Shown piece by piece: positions 58,211 through 64,000 of a DNA stretch of 64,000 bases. Below the pieces are notes generated by a model. That model had not been told where the DNA came from, ran no database searches, and saw only the letters and a list, made by a program, of their open reading frames with translations. Position numbers and translations under genes: made by a program. Position 1 is the first letter of the stretch; every line of letters starts with the position of its first letter. Source of the stretch: a virus (lineage: Duplodnaviria; Heunggongvirae; Uroviricota; Caudoviricetes); IMG/VR virus record IMGVR_UViG_3300042885_000900. One strand, given 5' to 3'.

Positions 58211-58221
58211 TATTTACCATT

Positions 58222-59085
58222 TTAAAAAGGCATTTCATCATCTGCATCGTCATTCGCTTGTGGGTCAACAGGTGCAGATGTTTTACCACTACCACCAAAT
58301 GATGATTCACTATCTTCAGCATTTCCATATACATAACCACCTTTTTCAGTACTCCATTTAGGACTTTCTCCTCTTGCAAGAGCTTCTAAATACTCAACAG
58401 GTTTTTTAGAATAAACATCTTCCCAAGTTAATTCGTCATTAACCCATTCATCACCAATTGCTTTAGTTTCGTGGATTGCAGATGGGTCGTCATACATAAC
58501 AGTTTGAATAACCGTGTAAAACGCTCCTTTTGGGGTTTTTGCTTTAGTTAATTCCAAGATAATGTCTCTACCTTTTTCAGGGTCAGCAATATCACCTTTG
58601 TTTCTGTAGATAGGGATAATTTTGTCTAAAATACCCTCATTTTTGTAGTTATCTTTAAATCTCCAAAATTTAACACCATCAGCCTCATTATCTCTATCAA
58701 TAACTTTTACAATGTAAAATTTACGAGATAAGTACTGTTTAGCTAAATCTTTATCAGAATCTCTACCGGTTGAACGCAATTCTTCATAAACCTCATTTAA
58801 AGGTGAACGCTCATTATCGTTTTTTCCTGGGTCATAAAATTTTTGGAATTTTCCGTCAACTTGGATTTCGTGATACCAAACAACTTTAAATGGTGAAGAA
58901 CCGTCTTTTGTTGGTAAAATCCTTAATCGTCTTTGCCCTTGAGTTTCCTTATCTTGAAGGATTGCAGCAAAGTATTTTTTCATTCTTTCTTCTTGTGTAA
59001 ATTTTGAGGTAGAAGAAGAACCTCCTTGTTTTGATTGCTCATATTGAGCCAAAACCGCGTCTAATGAATTGTTGTTTGTCGCCAT
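58222..59085 (-). CDS. T4 gp32-like single-stranded DNA-binding protein
   Basis: RLRILP, aromatic OB-fold segments, G.DI, acidic tail DDADDEMPF. Confidence 0.85.
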   Translation of the reverse strand: MATNNNSLDAVLAQYEQSKQGGSSSTSKFTQEERMKKYFAAILQDKETQGQRRLRILPTKDGSSPFKVVWYHEIQVDGKFQKFYDPGKNDNERSPLNEVYEELRSTGRDSDKDLAKQYLSRKFYIVKVIDRDNEADGVKFWRFKDNYKNEGILDKIIPIYRNKGDIADPEKGRDIILELTKAKTPKGAFYTVIQTVMYDDPSAIHETKAIGDEWVNDELTWEDVYSKKPVEYLEALARGESPKWSTEKGGYVYGNAEDSESSFGGSGKTSAPVDPQANDDADDEMPF

Positions 59086-59114
59086 AGTGTTTAAAATGTT
59101 TTAAAGTTTATAAA

Positions 59115-59143
59115 AGTATAAGTGTCTACGAGTGGTTTGTCAA
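59115..59143 (-). promoter_or_regulatory. Canonical sigma-70-like promoter TTGACA-N17-TATACT
   Basis: tgtcaa 59138-59143 and agtata 59115-59120 on + strand, 17-nt spacer. Confidence 0.55.
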
Positions 59144-59153
59144 ATTGTTTTGT

Positions 59154-59180
59154 AAAAAAAAATGGTCCGAAGACCATTTT
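59154..59180 (-). terminator. Intrinsic terminator with cUUCGg tetraloop
   Basis: AAAATGGTC-TTCG-GACCATTTT then U-tract on - strand. Confidence 0.85.
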
Positions 59181-59182
59181 AA

Positions 59183-59851
59183 TTATCTAATCTCTTTAAA
59201 AGATGTTGCTTCATCTTCAAAATTCCTAAATGTTTTTTTAATTTCATTTGGTGAATAATCCTCTACCTCATCTTGAGTTAAAATATATTCATTTTTTCCC
59301 GATTTGTCCATTTCTTCTTCTTTATCAACAAAAAAATCTGTTAATTTTTGATTAAACGGTCCCGAGTCTAGGCTTCTTAATTCCAATTTTTCTTGTGGGG
59401 TTTTTTCTCTGTATTTTTCAACTTTGGCCTCCAAGTCATTTAATTTATTCATAATACCGTCCATCTCACCAAGTTTACTTTCTAAATCCGTTAGATGACT
59501 GAATAAATTATTAAAATACTCTTCTTGTTTTTGTTCAGTATTTTTTTGAGATTTTACTAAATCGGTAATATCAATTTCTTTAGTATTACTTTCTTCTTCA
59601 CCCACTTTTTCAACATCGGGGTCAGCGGCAACATCTACAGGTTGTGGTTCAACCGGCGCTGCAGGTGCTGGTGACATATTTGGGTCAATAGGTGGTACAG
59701 CATTTGGGTCCGCTGGTGGAAGAGCGTTAGGGTCTTCTTCAGGGTCTAACCCTGGTGGTGGAGGTAAAACAGCCTCTTGTTCCATAATATAATTATTGAT
59801 TGAGTTATATCTCGCCAATTCCTCTAATATTTGATTATCTATTTTTTTCAT
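59183..59851 (-). CDS. Pro-rich, acidic putative head-associated protein
   Basis: ILEE...YIMEQ N-terminus, PP-rich linker, coiled coil. Confidence 0.6.
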   Translation of the reverse strand: MKKIDNQILEELARYNSINNYIMEQEAVLPPPPGLDPEEDPNALPPADPNAVPPIDPNMSPAPAAPVEPQPVDVAADPDVEKVGEEESNTKEIDITDLVKSQKNTEQKQEEYFNNLFSHLTDLESKLGEMDGIMNKLNDLEAKVEKYREKTPQEKLELRSLDSGPFNQKLTDFFVDKEEEMDKSGKNEYILTQDEVEDYSPNEIKKTFRNFEDEATSFKEIR

Positions 59852-59855
59852 TTTA

Positions 59856-60080
59856 TTATCCGTTTAATAATTGTTTTACACCGGTTAATGTTTCAACCTG
59901 AATTTTTTTATTTGTTGTCATCGTATTATCTACTCTTTCAATTAGACCATCTTTCATTCTAATTGTATAACAATCACCTGTGTCTAAATCGCAAACTTGT
60001 TTAGAACCATTTCCCAAATCTTTTTCGGTACTTCTAGCTTTTTTCCCTAAATAGTTGTCTAATATTAATTTTGTGTCCAT
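59856..60080 (-). CDS. Hypothetical protein (74 aa)
   Basis: TATTTATA at 60092-60099 upstream. Confidence 0.72.
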   Translation of the reverse strand: MDTKLILDNYLGKKARSTEKDLGNGSKQVCDLDTGDCYTIRMKDGLIERVDNTMTTNKKIQVETLTGVKQLLNG

Positions 60081-60091
60081 AATCTTTTATT

Positions 60092-60099
60092 TATAAATA
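60092..60099 (-). promoter_or_regulatory. Putative late-promoter motif TATTTATA
   Basis: 11 nt upstream of ATG 60080. Confidence 0.6.
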
Positions 60100-60126
60100 T
60101 CATTTAATTGTGAAAAATTTAATCTT

Positions 60127-63100
60127 TTAACTTTTATTAGTAATCGCATTATAAAGTGAAATAGATTCGCCTATCTCAGATTCAATATTTTTTAATCGTA
60201 CAGAATCAGTTGATTTTATAGAATCATAAACATTTTGATTATTACTCTTAGCATTAAAGTATAAAATATAGAATTTAGCTATATCAACAGGTGTTGTTTC
60301 CCCAAAAGCACTGGATTTACCTTCAAACCTAGCAATTAACATTTTAACATGATTATTAGCACTATCAAAATAAACATAGGGTATTTGTTTAGGTGAACAA
60401 TAATAGTATTTTGAACTACTAAAAAACCCTGAACTACCATCACCCCAAAATTCACTAATATCAATACCTGCGTAATTATGTTCATAAGATTCTAATCCTT
60501 GAGTTTTACTTGATTGTAAATACATTATTGCGAATATAATATATCTTAATTTAATATCGTTAGTATTTGTGTTTATTATCTGAATAATATTTTTATAGTT
60601 TATAACTGTTTTATTCGGGGTACCCACTTTATAGGTGTTATATTTTGTTGACGCCGAACAAGTCTGTTGTGCCGACGCAACCGTCGCATCATTATCTAAA
60701 CCTTTATCTAAAGCCTCATTTCGTTGACTAATAATATCACCTTTTTTAACATTACTATCAGATTTTTTAGGAACTTTATCCTCTTTAATTTTGTTTACTA
60801 TTGTTGTTAATAAAGTCGTTTTTAATGATTGTATGTAAGCACTTATTTTAGGTAATGACGCAATAGGTTGTCTAACCCCCTCTACAATTGTTTCAAACGA
60901 ACCCGGACTTATTATGTGATTAACACTTGTAATCATATAAGGACCACTAAACATTGGAACATATCGTAAATTAAAATACATTGTGGGTTGAATCATTGCA
61001 TTACCCATCATATTCACCGTACAATTATAACTTCTGGTTTTATATAAATTAAATAAAGACACATTTTGTGTTGACGCTTTTCTATTTCCGGATTGATTAG
61101 CCATTTGATTTAAAAGTTCTAATGATTCAGCAGTTGCTGTACTTCCTCTTTGGTCAACTTGAAATCCGTGGAATATGGATTGATTTTGAGTTCCAATATC
61201 AACATTAAAACCAACAACTTTATTTGACATACCCCAATCTTTTTTACCTATCTGACTTTCAACTAATGGATTATCACTTGCTCGTCTTAAATCAAAAGCA
61301 TCACTTCTAAACCTATAATCAATATTATCTTTTAAATCTAATTGTTCACTTGGTTTACCACCATAAAAACAAACTAATTTTGGCGAAGAGTTTCTATAAT
61401 CAACATTTAAAAATGTTCCAAACATTGTGTTGGCAAATTCTAATGAACCTTCCGCTCTTGGTTTAGGATTTTTAACAGCATCTTGCACATTATAAAAATT
61501 AACATATGATGGTAAATTCATTACTACAAAATTGTTGTCGACCAATATTGATTGAACAAACACCAACATTGACATTGTTGGCTTAATAGTCGCCAAATAA
61601 TCCTTTAATTTTATAACATCCACCAATATTTTATCACCTACATCACGACTTGCTCTATCAATTAACATAATATCTTCAAATAATGTTTTTGTTTTAAAAT
61701 CATTTCCTGATATCCACTTATCATTAATTGCCTTAAACGATTCCCATAGTTCAACTTTGGTTGCCGGTCCTTCTAAAACCGAATTAATTGTTTGTTGAGA
61801 CGATGTCACAATTTTTGGTAATTTTGTCTGTAATTTAGGCATTAAATTATTAATAACTTTACCTTTAAATGTTTCATTAGATGTGATATATTCATCCATC
61901 AACATAGTAAATTTTGAAATATTTAAAGTGGGGTCATTTAATTTTTGAGTTGTATAAATTTTTATAATAGGTGCTAAATTCTTAATGTTATCAACATTAA
62001 AGGCAATATTTAAATCAATGAAAAAGTCAGTTATGTATGAACCATTATTACTATACATTAATTTATCAACATCAGAAAATCCAACATAAGTCTCTAAAGT
62101 TTTCCATTGTGTCGGATAAGTTGTTTTTGAATTACTTAAAGTGATTCCCCCACCACTATACGGTAAAGTATTTGGTGTGGTAAGACTATATTTCTCCCAA
62201 GTATAAGGGTCAGAAATTTGATATGTTGAAAAACTATAAAATAATTTTTTATCAAAGTTTGACGGGTTACCGTATTTAAAAACAACATCAGTATTAATAA
62301 ATTTAGTTAAAATATTAGATATTGTTGTTAGTTGTTCTTGTTGTTGTTTAATAATCACATCTGTTGGTGTTGTTCCGGTAAGTTTTGTGGTTTTCATTAA
62401 ACTAATCATCAACATCTGAAAATTCTTAAATGATTTTTCAGTATCAGTTTCAAATTCACCTATAGATATGTTTGACGAATTTGATAATGTATACGATGAA
62501 TTATCTTCAAAATCATACATTGATTTTGAGAATTTTAAAAACTCATACTCAAATCCGTCTAATATGTTTTTCTCAAAAACTGAAAATATTTCATCAATAC
62601 TACTATAATCTGTTGAACCCCCATTTATTGAGAAGTTTTGTTGATTACTTTGACCTGAAAACACTTCTTTCAAGTAATTGAGAGGACTTGGTTTTACCAC
62701 CTTACTATTATCAAAATATCCATAATTAGGGGCTGTCCAAAATAACCTAGTTGAACCATTATACATTGCGGTATTACCACTAATTTCATATTTTAATTTA
62801 TTGTTGGATGTAATACATTCATCTTTGGTTTGATTAATTAACGACCCTTGTGATGGTAATAGATATGTAAACTTACCATCAAAAGTATTGATAGCAACCG
62901 ACCAAGGAATCACCCTTAAATTTCTGTTAAGATTTTTTTCATCAAAACCTTTACCCATATCAATGATAGCATCTTTAACATAGTTAAGAGTTACACCTGA
63001 ACTAAATCCGTTTTGGATATCGGTACTTGTATACGCTGAATAAATTTCAAATCCCTGATAAAAAACATTAAAATCATTAATTAATTTAGGGTAAAAACCA

Positions 63101-64000
63101 GTATTAATTAATGTTGAGGTCTCAACCCCTAATGTACTATTTTTTTCTAAAACAATATCAATGTTTGAATTGTTTATAGTTAAACTATATATTTTTGTTG
63201 GGTCTTTGGTTGTTGGGTCATAATTGTCAACATATTTAAAATCAGACCAAGATGTGTTAATAATATCCACACCATTTTCCACATAATTTTTATATCTATG
63301 GTAAACAGACCCAAATTTTAGAACCCAAGCGTATGGCATTTTATGGATTGCCCCAAATTTCTTTAAAGATGCGAAAATATAATCTAAAGGTTTTTCAGCA
63401 TCATTTTCATAGGTTTTATATTTTTCTTTTAAAGTCGCTATGGGTAAACTATTAATGAAAAGATATGCCGAACTCACATATGGTGTTATACTATCATTCC
63501 TAAAATTTTTCACACCTTCCTGTATTGAGTTAATAAAATACGGTGTGTTAAGCATTGACACTGTTTGGTAAGAAGTTACCAATCCATCATAATTAATGTA
63601 ATTTAAATTACCTTCAGTTAATAATTGTGATTTTAACTTTCTATCATTATAAAAAGTTTTTAAATCAGGATTATTTAATACCGGCTGTTGGATATTTTTA
63701 TAAGAAAAATTAGTAAATGGTCTTTTAGTATCATCATTTGTTGTATCTAAAAAATTAGATATTACTTTTTTATTTAAATTATATGTTAAGACTTTTCTAG
63801 TATCAAAAGATGATTTTGCATCTATAAGAGTTCCACCATCAGCTAATTTATTATTACACCAAGTTAAATCTGTAAATGGGTAGATATCACTAAAATCAAA
63901 AGAATTAGTGGTTGTTGAATCTGAAATATAATCAACCATAGCCTTTTCATTTGATAATGAAACTAATGGTTGTGAAATTGAATCATTCAAAATACCAGAA
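60127..64000 (-). CDS. Large tail/baseplate-hub-like protein, partial (5' end beyond window)
   Basis: Frame stays open to the edge (track start at 63990 is an internal TTG); GPYMITSVNHIISPGSFET hub-like segment; C-terminal glucosaminidase-like segment. Confidence 0.65.
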   Translation of the reverse strand, partial: SGILNDSISQPLVSLSNEKAMVDYISDSTTTNSFDFSDIYPFTDLTWCNNKLADGGTLIDAKSSFDTRKVLTYNLNKKVISNFLDTTNDDTKRPFTNFSYKNIQQPVLNNPDLKTFYNDRKLKSQLLTEGNLNYINYDGLVTSYQTVSMLNTPYFINSIQEGVKNFRNDSITPYVSSAYLFINSLPIATLKEKYKTYENDAEKPLDYIFASLKKFGAIHKMPYAWVLKFGSVYHRYKNYVENGVDIINTSWSDFKYVDNYDPTTKDPTKIYSLTINNSNIDIVLEKNSTLGVETSTLINTGFYPKLINDFNVFYQGFEIYSAYTSTDIQNGFSSGVTLNYVKDAIIDMGKGFDEKNLNRNLRVIPWSVAINTFDGKFTYLLPSQGSLINQTKDECITSNNKLKYEISGNTAMYNGSTRLFWTAPNYGYFDNSKVVKPSPLNYLKEVFSGQSNQQNFSINGGSTDYSSIDEIFSVFEKNILDGFEYEFLKFSKSMYDFEDNSSYTLSNSSNISIGEFETDTEKSFKNFQMLMISLMKTTKLTGTTPTDVIIKQQQEQLTTISNILTKFINTDVVFKYGNPSNFDKKLFYSFSTYQISDPYTWEKYSLTTPNTLPYSGGGITLSNSKTTYPTQWKTLETYVGFSDVDKLMYSNNGSYITDFFIDLNIAFNVDNIKNLAPIIKIYTTQKLNDPTLNISKFTMLMDEYITSNETFKGKVINNLMPKLQTKLPKIVTSSQQTINSVLEGPATKVELWESFKAINDKWISGNDFKTKTLFEDIMLIDRASRDVGDKILVDVIKLKDYLATIKPTMSMLVFVQSILVDNNFVVMNLPSYVNFYNVQDAVKNPKPRAEGSLEFANTMFGTFLNVDYRNSSPKLVCFYGGKPSEQLDLKDNIDYRFRSDAFDLRRASDNPLVESQIGKKDWGMSNKVVGFNVDIGTQNQSIFHGFQVDQRGSTATAESLELLNQMANQSGNRKASTQNVSLFNLYKTRSYNCTVNMMGNAMIQPTMYFNLRYVPMFSGPYMITSVNHIISPGSFETIVEGVRQPIASLPKISAYIQSLKTTLLTTIVNKIKEDKVPKKSDSNVKKGDIISQRNEALDKGLDNDATVASAQQTCSASTKYNTYKVGTPNKTVINYKNIIQIINTNTNDIKLRYIIFAIMYLQSSKTQGLESYEHNYAGIDISEFWGDGSSGFFSSSKYYYCSPKQIPYVYFDSANNHVKMLIARFEGKSSAFGETTPVDIAKFYILYFNAKSNNQNVYDSIKSTDSVRLKNIESEIGESISLYNAITNKS

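Noticed and set aside
488-62681. Many short antisense or alternate-frame ORFs in the track (488-676, 1161-1373, 2247-2459, 3902-4126, 6675-6929, 8028-8213, 16521-17592 set, 31231-31494, 53765-54934 set, 62472-62681 and others)
   Set aside because: They lie wholly within longer, motif-bearing genes on another frame or strand and have no start context; treated as shadow ORFs
1-64000. TAG or TGA stop-codon recoding as in some large phages
   Set aside because: Genes tile densely under code 11, and TAG ends recA, primase, Hc1 and the first RHH at natural protein ends
1-64000. tRNA or rRNA genes
   Set aside because: Intergenic gaps are short and AT-rich; no cloverleaf or T-loop (GTTCGAATC-like) signature noticed

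Overview
64 kb fragment of a large, AT-rich (roughly 30% GC by eye) dsDNA tailed phage with a T4-like contractile-tail baseplate, read in the standard genetic code. The host is most likely Bacteroidota. This rests on TATCTTTG (TAnnTTTG) -7 promoter elements, a sigma factor resembling the Bacteroidota primary sigma, an Hc1-like histone, and SprB and FISUMP domains. Left to right: an LRR protein, Dam-like MTase, LAGLIDADG endonuclease, DnaJ, putative internal head proteins, a membrane/lysis-like cassette, sigma-70, an MTase plus putative REase, SbcC/SbcD-like recombination nuclease genes, an HNH endonuclease, a PD-(D/E)XK exonuclease and primase. Two convergent structural operons follow (Thr-Pro-rich fibres, RuvC, baseplate gp6/gp25), then nrdAB, a GIY-YIG endonuclease, DnaB helicase, 5'-3' exonuclease, RecA, HNH, gp32-like SSB and a large partial tail/hub gene. 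Most notable observations: (1) two unrelated homing endonucleases are each preceded by an overlapping, unannotated 52-aa ribbon-helix-helix gene, while the other two carry 14-bp hairpins enclosing a late promoter; (2) the SbcD C-terminal domains appear to have moved onto the N-terminus of SbcC; (3) inverted, near-identical TPTMTQ repeats in two convergent fibre genes could swap their C-terminal domains; (4) an amidase that lacks its zinc ligands sits beside a non-canonical spanin-like pair; (5) GATC appears absent despite a Dam-like MTase; (6) a strand-specific TATTTATA late-promoter motif. All family assignments are by motif recognition only; no database searches were run.
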